From the human T2T-CHM13v2.0 reference genome, Homo sapiens, in NCBI RefSeq assembly GCF_009914755.1, contig NC_060932.1: a DNA stretch of 64,000 nt. The stretch is one strand, 5' to 3'. Below, piece by piece: positions 29,301 to 45,864 of the stretch. The notes beneath the pieces are model-generated. The model saw only the letters and a list, made by a program, of their open reading frames with translations. It did not search any database and had not been told where the DNA came from. A program made the translations under genes and the position numbers. Each line of letters begins with the position of its first letter. Position 1 is the stretch's first letter.

Positions 29301-29626
29301 GCCCCTCAAGGCCTTTCTCAACCTGATCCCTCACCTCACATTTCACCTCATGAACCTTATTCTTCAACCTCAAAGACTCCTCTCCTTTCCTCAAACACCT
29401 GCATTTTCTTTTCCTAACTCCTGACATTGTCTGTGTTGTTACCTCAGAATTTATTTTTCTTGCCAGACAGACTCCTATTCATCCTTCAAAACCTGGTTTA
29501 TGTGCCTTCTCCTCAGTGAAGACTTCGCTGATATACCAGGCAGGGAGTGTTCCACTATATTCCTTAGGGGCTCCCACAGACTCATGGATCTTAGCACTCT
29601 ACAAGTAATATTAAAAATTACCTACT

Positions 29627-30024
<398 letters not shown>

Positions 30025-30190
30025 TCATGTATCAGTGTAACAGACAGAAACAAATAAATGAGTTGAAGTGTCTCAACTGGGTGTTCAATGGCAAATTTAA
30101 CTTATTAAGAGGGAGCTCTTTCTTGTATTTTTTAATTGAAACTTTTATTTTCTGAGAAGATAGAAAACATGTGGATTGACATAAGACTGA

Positions 30191-30494
30191 CTTTCTTTTT
30201 CTTTTTTTTTTTTGAGACAGAGTCTGGCTCTGTCACCCAGGCTGGAGTGCAACGGTGTGATCTCAGCTCACTGTAACCTCCACCTCCTGGATTCAAGCAA
30301 TTCTCTTGCCTTAGCCTCCCAAGTAGCTGGGATTACAGGCACCCGCCACCATACCCAGCTAATTTTTGTATTTTTAGTAGAGACACGGTTTTGCCATGTT
30401 GGCCAGGCTGGTCTCGAACTCCTGACCTCAAGTGATCCTTCCGCCTCGGCCTCCCAAAGTGCCGGGACTACAAGCATGAGCCACCACACCTGGG
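30191..30494 (-). mobile_element. AluSx-like
   Basis: Reverse-oriented Alu. Confidence 0.9.
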
Positions 30495-31144
30495 CAAGAC
30501 TTTCTTTGACTAATCACCAGTGGCATTTCTTTTCTTCCAAGAAATGGCCTAGATGCTACCAGGACCTGGCTACTCTGTGGATAAGAGCACACAGAGGTGA
30601 GGTGTGTACCAGGGAGGGGCCAGGAATGGAGGCTTTGTGGCATGTTCTCCTCCCAGGGAATTGACTCACAAATGTGCCCAACACAGAGGGACCAAAAGAT
30701 ATTTCTCCATCACAGTGTGGGGCTCTCCAGCTCATTCCCTAGGGGAGCCTGTGGCTTTGTCTCCACTGTTGTGGGGCTTCAGGACCAAAACTGAACAGGA
30801 GCTTCCAGGATTAGTCCCCTACAAGGGGAGCTTGTGGGAGGGAGCTCTGCTCATTACCCTCGTGCTGTGCAGTGTCTAGCAAATTCAGGCTTTTAAATAG
30901 TGTGAGCATTTATTGGTAGGAGAATTCAGCAGGAAGGGTACAAGAAAAACCTCTTGAAAGGTTCTGTCTGAGCAAAGGACTACTGCAATCCAACCTTCTT
31001 TCCCCTTGATCTGAAAAACCATCCAGGAATGGCTGATCAAATTTGTTGATGCAAATTAATCCACTAACTCACTCATTCATACATTTATCCTACCATCTAT
31101 TTACTTTCTCATTCATTCTTTCATTAATCTGCTCACTTACCCAT

Positions 31145-31542
31145 TGTCTTAGCCCACTGTCTTAAGACAGAAGCACTGAAAATGATTCTCTTTTAATAAT
31201 ACAGACTGGGCAATTTATTAAAAGAGAGATGCATTTGCCTCACAGCGCTACAGGCTGGGAAATCCCAGTGCATGGCACAGGCATCCAGCGAGGGTAACCC
31301 CACAGCAGAAGGCAGAAGCACGCATGTAAAACAGAGAGAGGACCCACAGGCCAAATTCATCTTATAACAACCCACTCACACAAGAACTAACCTGTTCCTA
31401 CAACAGCAATAGTAGACCTTCCATGAGGGGTGTACCCTCATGACCCAATCACCTCTTATTAGGCCACATCTCCAAACACTGCTGCAATGGGGATGAAGTT
31501 CCCAACACATGAACTTTGGGGAGACACACTCAAATCGTAACA
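31145..31542 (-). mobile_element. MST-type MaLR LTR
   Basis: ...AGACTGGGCAATTTA...CTCATGACCCAATCACCTCTT...CATGAACTTTGGGGAGACACACTCAAA. Confidence 0.7.
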
Positions 31543-34500
31543 CCTGTCCGTCCATGCAGACATTTCTTTCTGCTCTCCCTCCCTCCCCACTCCCCCACAC
31601 AAAGGCTCATTCATGCCATAAACAATGCGGACCACAGCACCACTTCCCACTGGGTCCACAGCAAGCATTAAACCAGGCAAAATAAAATATGACAGTTCAA
31701 CCTTTCAATCATTTATGCAGTACCTCCTAAGAGCCAGACACTGTGCTAGATGCCCATGTTTGTAAATATGTGTTGGCTATTGTTCCCACACTGTTCAAAT
31801 GCTGCATTTTGATTGATGTAGATGTTTGGATATACATCAGTTGTGAAAGAATATTAGCCAGAATGTTACTATTGGTTAAGTTGGGGGATAAGAACTCAGA
31901 AGAGTTGCAGATACTGTTGCACTTGTAAAAACATGCTTTTGTTACTTTTTAAATTTAAAACATTCTAACAAGGAATAACAAAGAAAAAATTGATTGCCCA
32001 AATAGTACATCTGCTTTCTCATATGAATTATGTACATTTATCTTATTCACGTATGGCAGTCTGTAATTTTTGTTAAGAGCATAGGCTTTGTATCAAGACA
32101 TAGGTTTAAATCCCAGTTCTGCCATTTACTATCTAAGGGACCAAATGTTCCTAAGCCCCAATGTGTCCATCTGTAAAGGGGGTAACAGCATAGTTAATTC
32201 ACAGGAGGAAAGGATCTATGTGATAATATCTCACATACCGCCTGGCACCAATTGGCACTCAATCTCACATGGGGTCAGGGGGCATATTATTTTTGCTTTT
32301 ACGGAGCTCAAAATCTATCATAGGCAAAAAGATCTAATTTATTCTAAGTACCCCAAAAAGATAGAATAAGATCAGACAGATGGCAGTGGCAGAGAGAGTG
32401 CTTTCATTTGAGTAAGAGGAAAAATTTTAAACCAGACATCCAACAATGCACTGGAGGTTGCCTTAGGAGGTAGCAATCCCTCTGCCCCTGGAGATGGGCA
32501 AGAAGAAGGTGGGCAAGAACCTGGGAGAAAGGTAATAGAATCCAGTCACCAGATGAGGAAACTGGACAAGCTGCCTGTGATAGACGTACTGCAGCCTGCA
32601 GATGCAAAGGGCCTATCATAGTCATAATTATTTGGCAAAACTATATGTGATCACCCTTAATGTATAATCACAGCGAAGCTTGTGGCTGTTTTATTTGTAC
32701 TTGTGTTTTATTTTGTTTTATTATAGGAATAACACTTAACACGAGATCTATCCTCCTAATAGAGTTAAGTTTACAACACAATGTTGCTACATATTGGCAC
32801 AATGTTACAGAGCAGACCTCCAGAACTTATTCATCTTGCATAAGTGAAGTTTTATACTCAATTTTTTAAATGAGATTTTGTTTAATTTTTCCTTATTTAT
32901 CTTTGTGGCTGACTTGCCTTTTTTTTTTTTTCTTTTTTTGTCTTTATAGCATCAAGAGCAGACTGTGCCCCTGACAACTCAGCCACGGGGCAGGCGAGGC
33001 CAGCTCCAATTGGCCTGGACCTGCCGGTGTGCAGTCAAAGGAAAAGCTTCTCCTTAGGATACAGTTTCAACCAAGAGATGGTATCAATTCTGATTTTTTT
33101 TAAAAAACTTACTATAAGCCAAACTTAAAAAAAAAATTTAAGATACCCATCAGAACACAGCCAGGGTTAACTAGTAGTGAGGTTTTAGTAACTGGGAGTG
33201 TACAAGTTAAGGCAAGTGGACAGCAAGAGGGAGGTAGCATGGCTGAGTTTGTCCCAGGAGGCCTCTGAGTTGCTTCCAGCAGGGCATCTTCGCAACCACA
33301 ATGGGCTGGCAGGGCCACCCTCAAACACTCTCTGGGTATCTGCCAGGACTTCCCTTTGCTTGTGCCAGGATGTTAGCCCTGCTTTCAGCCTCTCATGAGT
33401 GCTTCTAATAACCAATAAGTCCTGAGAACCATCAAAATACCAATGCCCTCTGACCCAGAAATCCCACTCCTTAAGAATAATCTGAGATACATCATTGCCA
33501 AATGGGGGAAATCTTGTCACAAACAAAAATGCTCACTGCAGCAGCAGGCAGGGACTGGTTCACCTATCTTGGTCCATCCGCTTGCAGGAATGTGAAGAAG
33601 CAATACAAAACGAAACTCCAGTAACACCACAAAGCAAGGAGCTGACTTTACTAAATAAGAAAGCTGAGGAATGGTCATGTCATATGATTCATTCATTCAA
33701 TTATTCATTCATGTAGCCATGTATTCACTCACTCATTGATTCAACAAACCTCATGCTGGCCTCAGGCAAAGTGCAAAGAGATGTCGGTCTGGCCACCTGG
33801 CCTTGGGCTGGTTGTCTCAGACACCAATTCTTCCCCTCAACATACACACCCACACAGACACATATATGCACACACACATACACATGTACACACAGAACCA
33901 CATGGGCACACACAAATGCTGGATCCTAGGTGGGAAGAGTGAAAGGTCAATCCCTCTGTGTCCTGGTGCCTCATGAGACCTATGTTTGAGACTCAGTTCT
34001 GTCTCAAAATGCAGTTCCGGCAAGTCATTCCCACTTCCCAGAACTCTCTCTGTTCCCTGGTCTGTGAAATGGGATAATGGCACTTTTCCCATCTTACTAG
34101 GGCTTGGTCTTCCTCGATTTTGCAGTTATCTTTATCTGGTAACCTGATAAATATGTCTTGAATTCTTGAATAGGGGATTGGCTGAAAAAAAAAATCCTCA
34201 GGGAACTTTCCTACCCTAAAACATTCCTGTGGGCCTTTCTCATTTTCTGGTTTTCTTTGGAAGGCCCGCATCATTCCCAGCATGTGCAAAAAGGTCTTAG
34301 TTGAAACAAAAATGAGCTTTGAATCCTGCTTCCTCTTTGTTCCCTCTGCCTATCCCCAGGTAAATCATTCAAACTCTCATCTTTCATTTCCTTGTTTCTA
34401 AAACTGAGATATGAATGACACACACGTAGTCCATGGTCCTGGCCCATAGTAACCACACCATCCATGTTGACCTCTATCAAAAACATCATAAGCACCTTCG

Positions 34501-36001
34501 AAGGAAGAGAGGGATGCAGGAGGGGACCAGCAGACTATTAAGGCTGGAAGGGAAGTGCTTGGTAATTGCAGTATCTCAAGCTAGGAAGGACCTTAAAAGC
34601 TTACCTAGCTCAAGCATTCCAGGTTTAGATCAGCCTTACAACAGCCATCCCATCTGTCTGAATGCCTCCTGTAGTGGGGGACTCACTCCCTAATGAATCA
34701 ATCCCTCTTGTCTTTGGAAAGGTCTTCCAACTGAACTGGACTCCAACATCCAGTGAAGCTCCTCCACTCATCCTTTTAGCTGGACCCTCTGGGGACCAAG
34801 ACAGCAGACCAGCTGCCTCTTCTACAGGGCAGCCCTCCAAATGGCTGGGGCCACTGTCTTCTCTGCACTAGAAGACCTTCCTATGGTAGTATCCTTCCAC
34901 ATAAGCTATGACTTCTATTCCCAGGAAAGCCTGATTTGTCTCCTCTAAATGCACTTCCACTTATCTGTGACCCTCTTACAATGAAATCAGAGAGAGATAA
35001 CCCTGATCTTCTAACTCAGAGCAAGCAAGCTCCCAGGTCTTCAGAGGCCCTGCAGGTCACACAGATGACAGCGGATGACCAGAGGGCACATGCCTTGTCT
35101 AAAGGGGATGGCTAATCCTCACCCCAGCCATGGACAGCCTTGCAGGGATTCCAGCCAAAAGAGAAACCAGAGACTAAGATTTGTAACATGAAATCTCCTG
35201 ATCATTTTATGTTGGCAATAACTGAAACTACACACAAAGCCTTAAAACTGTCTGTGGACTGCATCCGTCTAGGGGCCATTTACTTAATCATTTTGTAGGT
35301 ATAAAACCTTTCGTGAATCTGATGAAAGTTTGACCAAACCACAGAAAAACCAGACACAAACTTCTGCTCCAAATGTTTTAAAGGATGCATGGATCCCTGG
35401 GAGCCACTCTTGGACCCCAGGAAAGAAAATCCTCATTGGATGCAGCATCTTGTCTAATAAGACAGGCCCAACAATATCAAAGTGACCATTTCCCACAGTT
35501 GCGCAGTGCCTCAGTAGCACAGCGACAAGGAAATCTAGAATGAGGTGGGGGTGCTTCCTGCTGAAGCTCCCCAGGTGTGTGAAACAGAAGCAAACTAAGA
35601 TATATTGCATGCTCACCACGTACCAGATGCCTCTTATGTTATCTATCTCTATCTCTTCCATCAGCTCCATCAGCAAAAGAGAAAATTGAGGCTCACTGAG
35701 GATAGCTGCTTGACCCAGGGCAGCCAAAGAGAGCAACAGAGTTAGCACTGGAAGACAAGACTAGCAGCAAAGCTCACATCCTTCAACTGCAACTTGCATG
35801 CAGCTGGGCAGCGTACCCCATGCAGCAGGCCTCTAACAAAAATGAAGCCCTGCAATTTCAAATTTTCCTGGAACCTTTGAACTTAACCAGGAGCCTGAAG
35901 ATGTGGCCTTCAGCTTTCCATGATTTGCCTGGTAGAAATCATCAATGAGAGACAGATTAGGAGTGAGAAAGACCCACGTAGACATAGGAGTGTCGGCATG
36001 G

Positions 36002-36306
36002 GCCCAGGCGTGGTGGCTCATGCCTGTAACCCCAGCACTCTGGGAGGCCAAGGTGGGCGGATCACCTGAGGTCGGGAGTTGGAGACCAGTCTGACCAACA
36101 TGGAGAAACCGCATCTCTACTAAAAATATAAAATTAGCCGGGCATGGTAGCTCATGCCTGTAATCCTAGCTACTCAGGAGGCTGAGTCAGGAGGAGAATC
36201 GCTTGAACCCGGGAGGCAGAGGTCACAGTGAGCCGAGGCTGCACCTCGCACCATTGTACTCCAGCCTGGGAAACAAGAGTGAAACTCGGCCTCAAAAAAA
36301 AAAAAA
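36002..36306 (+). mobile_element. AluSp-like
   Basis: GTCGGGAG...CTGACCAACATGGAGAAAC. Confidence 0.88.
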
Positions 36307-37161
36307 GTGTCAGGATGGGGCTCTGGAAGATGACAAGTCATGGAATGAAGTTCTGAGGAGGGGGACCCGGCACACAGCTCTGGAACAGGCCGGCAGGCGG
36401 TGCCTCCTTCTGCAGATGGTTGATAAGCATGTCCACCTGTCATCCCTGAGTCTTGCCTTGAGTGGGGAGAAGTGAGGACTCATTTTCCAATAACACAGCT
36501 AATTCAAATCGTGCTCAATAAAGTGGCACACGAAACTCTGGTCTGCTACAGAACATGATACGCAGGGATTGGGGGAAGGACAAAAACACCTCTCTGACCT
36601 AGAGAAGGCTGGGAGAGGGGGGATAAAATGCTCAAATAGAAATGAGATCTAAATTTAGATCAAGAAAGCTAAGTTCCCTGACAGTAAATGTAAAACCAAA
36701 CGAAGACTATTCTTTCCCCACCCCCTGCTCCATTTCCCCCGCATCTTTTTCTCCTTTTACTGCAAACTTCTTACTTGAAAGTTTAAAGAGCTGGTACATC
36801 TCAACTACTTTAAAGTATTATAGCAATCTGAAAACAAGCTCTCGCATTTGACTCTCGGCGGCCATCGCTGAGCTCCTGGCTGCTCAGCTAGAATCAAACA
36901 GGTGTGTTCTCACGGATTTGCCGCTATTTTACTCTGAAGTTAAGTCAAGACACAGACACATCTGCTTCCAACTATAGTCACTCCCTAAAGAGCGAAGTGT
37001 GCTCAGGCTTCAGAAGGAAACGCGTCTGTATTTGGAGAGAACATCTCCCCAGCCCGCATCCACCCCCCGCCTCTCGTCCCTCACTGTCATCTGGGAAGAT
37101 GGGCGTCAGCTGAAGTCTGTGACCTTCAGCACTGCAGCAAAGAAGAGAACCCGGGTCTTAC

Positions 37162-37590
37162 CTGGCAGGGAGGCACTCAGGGGTGCCAGCGGAGGTCCAG
37201 TCCTGGGCCCAGGCCCACTGGAAGCAGCAGCTGGGAGAAGACACCAGCCCCAGGAATCCTCCTCCTGGGGGTCACCTGTCAGCCACTCGCCCACTCTCCC
37301 CCAAATAATCTCACAAACTCAGACTCTAAACAAGACCCGCAGTAAGTGTGGAGGCTTTCCCCAGGCCAGGGGGCCAGAGAGGGAACCAGCTTGAAAACAA
37401 GTAACTAAATACATACAGTTAGAAGGAAAGGCTTGAAAGTTACAGAATGAGATAGAAAGTGTGTGAGAAACAGAAGAACAGGGAAAGCGGAGAAGACACT
37501 TCCTTGGGGAGAAACGCCGCAGCCTCGGCCAGCCCCGCCACTGCCCAGGAACAAAGCTGTCTGGAGCCTCCCCAGGGGCAAGCTGGCCTC
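37162..37590 (-). other. COL22A1: COL22A1 non-coding exon 1 (5' end approximate)
   Basis: Near-consensus donor CAG|GTAAGA at 37162/37161, downstream (minus strand) of the GC-box-rich CpG island. The TSS position is inferred, not directly visible. Confidence 0.75.
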
Positions 37591-38060
37591 AGCGCTGGGA
37601 TTCCCCGGCTAAGAGCGCGGGGCTGGGGAGGAGCTGGGGCGGGGGCGGGCCTAGGAGCTCGGGGCGGGAGCGGGCGGGGGCCAAGCCGCGAAGGAGGAGG
37701 AAAATCAGGGGGCTGGGAGCGGGGAGGGGCCGGAGGTGCAGGGGCGGACCCCAGAGAAAACGAGAGAGGCCGACGAGGCCCCGGACAGTGGCGAGGGGCT
37801 GCGGGGAAAGGTGGGCAGGGACCTCGGGAGGGCTGTGGGGGACTGGACAGCGTTAGGGTCCAGGCAGTAACGAGGTGGCCCTGGGAAGTCCAAAAGAGGG
37901 GCTGACAACTTTCTGTCCAATTATAGACTTCACTGATACTCTGCTCCCTTTTCCAGCGGGTCTGAAATAGACCACCGACTAGTGCCGCAGCTGCCCGAAA
38001 CTTTGGGAAGTTTGGCGCCACCAGGGGGCCTGGGGAGGGGGCGCGCTTGGCTCTTTTTCC
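37500..38060 (-). promoter_or_regulatory. COL22A1: CpG-island promoter of COL22A1 with multiple Sp/KLF GC boxes; no clear TATA box
   Basis: Very high GC and CpG density; GGGGCGG(G) motifs at ~37636-37680 and ~37741; located directly upstream of the exon-1 donor. Confidence 0.85.
38016..38031 (+). promoter_or_regulatory. Candidate CTCF site (CGCCACCAGGGGGCCT)
   Basis: Close match to the CTCF core consensus CCACCAGGGGGCG, within the CpG-rich region. Confidence 0.6.
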
Positions 38061-38833
38061 AGATCTGAGAGGCCCCCTCCTGTCTGAGCAGGTGAGAGCA
38101 GGTAACGCGCACCCCTCTGTGCCAGGGGCTCCACCTACAGGCAGCCCTGTTCACTGGCTGTGACTTCAGCTCTGAGGACAGGGGCATCGCGTCCTTCTTT
38201 TTGGGATGAGGACAGTGAAGCCTCGGAGAGAGCCTTTATAGTCTGCCAGCGCCCCCAGCAGAGCAGGGATATGGGCCCACGTTGGCCTGATGAGGACACT
38301 CGCCTGGCTAATGGGTTTTCCAGCCCCCAAAGGCCGACCATGAACAGGTGCAGGCCCGGGGCACCCTTCTACTTTTTCTTTCTGAGCACTGTTCCTAAAA
38401 ATGGGCCAGGCAGGAGTATTTTGAACTAGATGAGAACATGGTTTAATCTGTGTGACCTCCCCCACCCCCAGCTCCCAATCTGTCTCCTAAACTCTGGGGT
38501 GTCTTTATTTGGTTGCCTGCTGGGTAGCAACGATTTCATAAACAGGCAGTATCGGGCTCCTCTGTGACCCAGGGAGCTCAAAAATCCAGCTGCTTCCTCC
38601 CTCTCCGGTCTTGTTTTCCAGCCACTCTTGTGGAAATTCATTTCACATGTGTTGACTGAACCCCACCACCCTCACCATGTCAGGTGCCCATCAAGTAGAA
38701 GAGAGGGCTGGCCGTATCACGAGAAAGGTGAGGGGCTGAGATGGGTGCTTGTCAGTTACCAGGAGGGCGGGACGCAGAGAAGAGAATGATTGCACCTGCG
38801 AGAGCCCAGCGCGTGCGCCTCTGGGCACACTAG

Positions 38834-39420
38834 CGTCAGAGGCATTGAACCAGAGCAACTCCATCTTGAATAGGGGCTGGATAAAATGAGGCTGAGACCT
38901 ACTGGGCTGCATTTCCAGCAGGTTTGGCGTTCTTGTCACAGAATGACATAGGAGGTAGGTACAAGACACAGGCCACAGAGGCCCCACTGATAAAACAGGT
39001 TGCAATAAAGAGGCTGGCCAAAACCCACCAAAACCAAGATGGTGACCTCTGGTCATTCTCACTGCTGATTATATGCTGATTATAATGCATTACCATGCTA
39101 ATAGACACTCCCACCAGTGCAATGACAGGTTACAAATGTCATGACAACGTCCAGACGCTACCCTATGTGGTCTAAAAGTTTCCCTCAGTTCTGGGAAATC
39201 CCCTCCCCTTTCCCAGAAAACTCACTAATAATCCACCCCTTGTTTAGCATGTAATCAAGAAAGAACTATAAGTATATCTGGTCGAGCAGCCCGTGCCACT
39301 GCCCTGCCTGCAATAGCCATCCTTTTGTTTCTTTACTTCCCTAATAAATTTGCTTTCACTTTATGAACTTGCCTTGAATTCTTCTCCTGGAGTCTTGATT
39401 GGGATCCTTTTCCGGTAACA
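38834..39420 (+). mobile_element. Solo ERV1 LTR, MER41 family (MER41B-like)
   Basis: Starts (c)GTCAGAGGCATTGAACCAGAGCAACTCCATCTTGAATAGG and ends TCCGGTAACA; AATAAA at ~39343; 4-bp TSD CTAG (38830-33 and 39421-24). Confidence 0.9.
39189..39218. promoter_or_regulatory. Tandem GAS (STAT) motifs TTCTGGGAA and TTCCCAGAA within MER41
   Basis: Both fit TTCNNNGAA, at 39189-39197 and 39210-39218. Confidence 0.75.
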
Positions 39421-40644
39421 CTAGTGGGAACACAGACAGAAAAGAGGGATGAGACCACAACATTAAATTACAATAAGTTATAATAAGTGCTATGAAGAAA
39501 AAAAAAGATGAGTCAGAGAACAAAGTAAGGGGTGCAAACCCTATATTCAGGGCTAAGGAGAGGTGTGCTGAGCAGGTGGAAGACTGAAGAATGGGCAAAG
39601 CCACCATGCAGAGGAGGAGGCCCTGGAATCAGGGCTGGAAGGGGAATTGGGAGCTCACCAGGCAGAGGGAAAGACTTGAGCCCGTGGAGAGTCGAGTCTC
39701 CTGTGCCCTGGGACCTGTGGAGGGCCATGGCCAGGGACAAGGCTGGGTGAGGAGCAGGGCACAGATGAGGGGGCTGGCAAGGCCTGCTGAGGGGACAGAC
39801 TTGGTCCTGAGGACCAGGAGTCACAGAAGTGCCTTAGAGGGGCAGGAGCATGGCCAGGGCAGGGCCTTGCAGAGCCTGCTGCCAGTGGCACAGTTGGGAG
39901 GTGGTAGGGGAGGTGAGCTGGGAGACTACTCAGTTGAATAAGTTCTGGAACGTCAGAGAGAGAGAGAACTAGCATCATCTCCAGGTTCAAGGTAGAGCCT
40001 CACCAGCACATACTTGTTGACACAGGTAAAATGAGGTCTCTAAAGTAAAGGGAGATCAGAAGGGAAATTGAAGTTCCAGCCATGCGTGACCCCAAGGGCT
40101 TTTTTCCCCGTTTATTTTAACATTTGTTAAGAACCTACTAATGTCAGACATTGGGAGTGCAAAGCTGGATAGAATATAATCCAGACCCCAAAGGAAACAA
40201 AAGTCTGGAGGGACAGAATCAGCTTTTAAAACCAAGGAAATATACATCAGCCACCGTTCCAGCAACTGGACTGCAGGCATCCTACCATGGCTAATGGAAT
40301 CTCAAGGGCTCTGAGCTCCCAACTGCCCAGTTAAAAAAACAAAAATCCCTCTGCAGAAGTCCCCTCTACGGTTTTTCTGGGACTCCTTGGTGGGCTGGAA
40401 GGTGGTGGTAGGGACTTGACTGTGAAGCCCAGGTGGATCCCCACAGGGCCTCTTTACAACTGAGCTGCTCTTTTTGACCCAAGCTACCTTCATTGGCCAA
40501 AGTTACAAGACCTGGGAATCTGCTAGCTGCTCTCAAATCGCGTATCTCCGTGAGAGCTTCACCTCCGGTTTCACAGTGAGAAGAAAGTTGTCCCTGTGTG
40601 ACTCCCAGGTGGGGACCCACATTGAGCAGTCTTGGACCTTGTTT

Positions 40645-41467
<823 letters not shown>

Positions 41468-42869
41468 TAGAGTTCAGCTTACCATAGACCCCAAAGCATT
41501 ACAGCCTAGTGCCAGCTATTTCGCTTCCCACATGACCCGCTTTATCCCTGGATGCAGGGCGCCATAGCAATGGCTGGAGAGGAGCAGGCTCCGTGGTGGT
41601 CATTTAGCATGTGCCAGGCACAGGGGATATGACAACAAGAGGAACTAACGGGAACTTCATGGGGCTTGTGTACCACCCGTGGGGTTGATAGTGATTATAC
41701 AAAACATTGTGTCATGGACATCCAGGTAGTTACAAGGAACAGGGTTAAACAGAGATGCCTTGGGTTGCTCCTGTTTTAGACAAGGTAGGGGCAAAGTCTG
41801 GGAAGACCTCTTGGGGGAGGTGTCCTTTCAATAGAGACTTAAATGAAATGAGGGCAGACGACACGGGGAGGACTGAAAGGGAGTATACCAGGGTGGAAGA
41901 GCCAGGGCAAAGTCTTCACTGAGAAAATGAACTTGGCACATTTGAGGGGCAGCCACAATAGGGTCCCCAAAACAGCTTCTCCCTTCTGATGGCCCTTGTG
42001 ATCTAGCACAGGTCCTGGCTCTGGGAACAGAATTTGCTCTCCACCACGAGCCCCTGCACTGCCACTATCCATGGCCCAGCACATGCCACTCCCTGCAGCT
42101 CCCAGCCTGAGCTGGGACTGCCTCTATCTGAACCACCCACCATGGTAGACAGGGCTAGATCTTCCCCACCACACACCCCACTCCAGGCAACCCCTCAATA
42201 TCCAGCCTTCCCATCTGCTGCTGCTGGGAAACAGGGATAAATGCCTCCACCGGTTGGAGAAGCACAGGTGAGCCTGTGTAGACAGGTGGGCTCCTCCCCA
42301 CCCTACAGCACCTGCCTTCACACCTGAGTGCACAAGCTTTAGGGAGGTGGCAGGACTAGGGGCGCATACACAGCACTGGCTCCCAAACCCTTCTCTCTGC
42401 TGCTTCCCAAAACCAAATCTCTTCATGAACATGGATCCACAGCTCTGGAGACATCATGCTCTACCACAAAGAAAGGCATTAGGAGGCATTCGCTTTGTTC
42501 TTCCATCTCTGCAACCAGCAACCACGAGGCTGGGCATGGATTCTGGAAAGACAATTCTTAAAATCACTCTGCCTCACTTCCTTCCCCTTCTGGACTGTTT
42601 CTTTGCCAGGATGACACATTTCTAAGATGTATTCAACAGGAACAGAAAATCTGCATATATATCATTACACACACAAATATGTGGATATGCGTTTAACAGA
42701 GAGTAAGAAAATGTCCCCATATGACTTAATTCTTTTTTCATTTCTACCACTCATTCTATCACTGTGATCATTAATGTCACAGGTAAATAGCAGAATAACT
42801 TTCAGGTAATTGCCAGTCATGATTTATATTTCTCTGTGGAAATAGAAACCTGTCTGTATCTATCATGAG

Positions 42870-43690
<821 letters not shown>

Positions 43691-43742
43691 TTTAAAAAAT
43701 TCTCACTTATTGAACTTTTGTATTCTTCTTTTTCTTCCTTCC

Positions 43743-44180
<438 letters not shown>

Positions 44181-44199
44181 TGATACATGAAAGGTGTTA

Positions 44200-44540
<341 letters not shown>

Positions 44541-45424
44541 GAATGAATGGCAGAGAGAAAGCCTCACTCTAAATGACTCACACAGGTCCGGCCTATCGGT
44601 TCTCAATCAGATATGAGATTGACATTTTAAGATTCACAGGACTGACAGATTATATGAAAGCCACAAAACAGTGATGGGACCAAACTGGCATGGTTGGGAG
44701 ACACACACTCCACAGGGAGGATAGGAGGTTTCAGAATACCAAACACTCATGAGCTGCCCAGCTGGGCATGGAACCAGGGACAAGCTCTTTGTTGGAACCA
44801 TGTACTGTGGGTTAGTTTAAGGGTCTCAGGAAAGTTCCTTAACTTCTCTGAGATTCAGTTCTAACATCTTAAAGTGCAGACTATAACCTTCCACCCTTAA
44901 GGATCTGTTGCAAAAGAGTCATGATATAACAGGTGCCCCAGACCTGGCAGATAGAAGATGCTCGTGAAATGGTTTCCATATGGATCTGCCAAGTACAATA
45001 GAGGCAGCCAAATAAATACTGCTTCCTCTGTTCTTTAGATTCTTATAATCTACTTGGAGAAACAAGAGGTAAACACAATGAAACACAACAGAGAAAGCTA
45101 AGATTATATACAATTGGCAGACATGGTAGACTGCTTGTGGGCTCCTAAGAATTTGTAAGAAAAAGAAAATGGTGAAAGTTGGCTCAAGTGATGGAGAAGC
45201 TTCCTGGAAGCATGAGACTTTTTATTTTAATTCAAAATTAAAATATTTTCATTGGAAAAAATACATGAAAATATTGAGAAGCAAAAGTAAGACAAATACG
45301 CATAATACTATTACCAAAAGCAAATCATTGTTTAGGCTTGTTATATATTTTTCCACTTTGTTTTCTATGACTAAAAAGTAACTAAGAAAAATGACCCATA
45401 GGTCACATGTCACTTTTCTCTCTC

Positions 45425-45726
<302 letters not shown>

Positions 45727-45864
45727 TCACTTTTCTCTTCTATATTGTCCTCAAGCTTTTTATCATATATGCTTTATTTTCCCTAAGGATGGATGGCAAT
45801 TATTAAATAATCTTCTGGCGCTGGCCTATACTGTTGTTAGCAATTCACACTCTTATTAGGAAAG

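Noticed and set aside
37440-38021. Pro-rich and Gly-rich ORFs on both strands
   Set aside because: CpG-island promoter composition; no splice or domain support.
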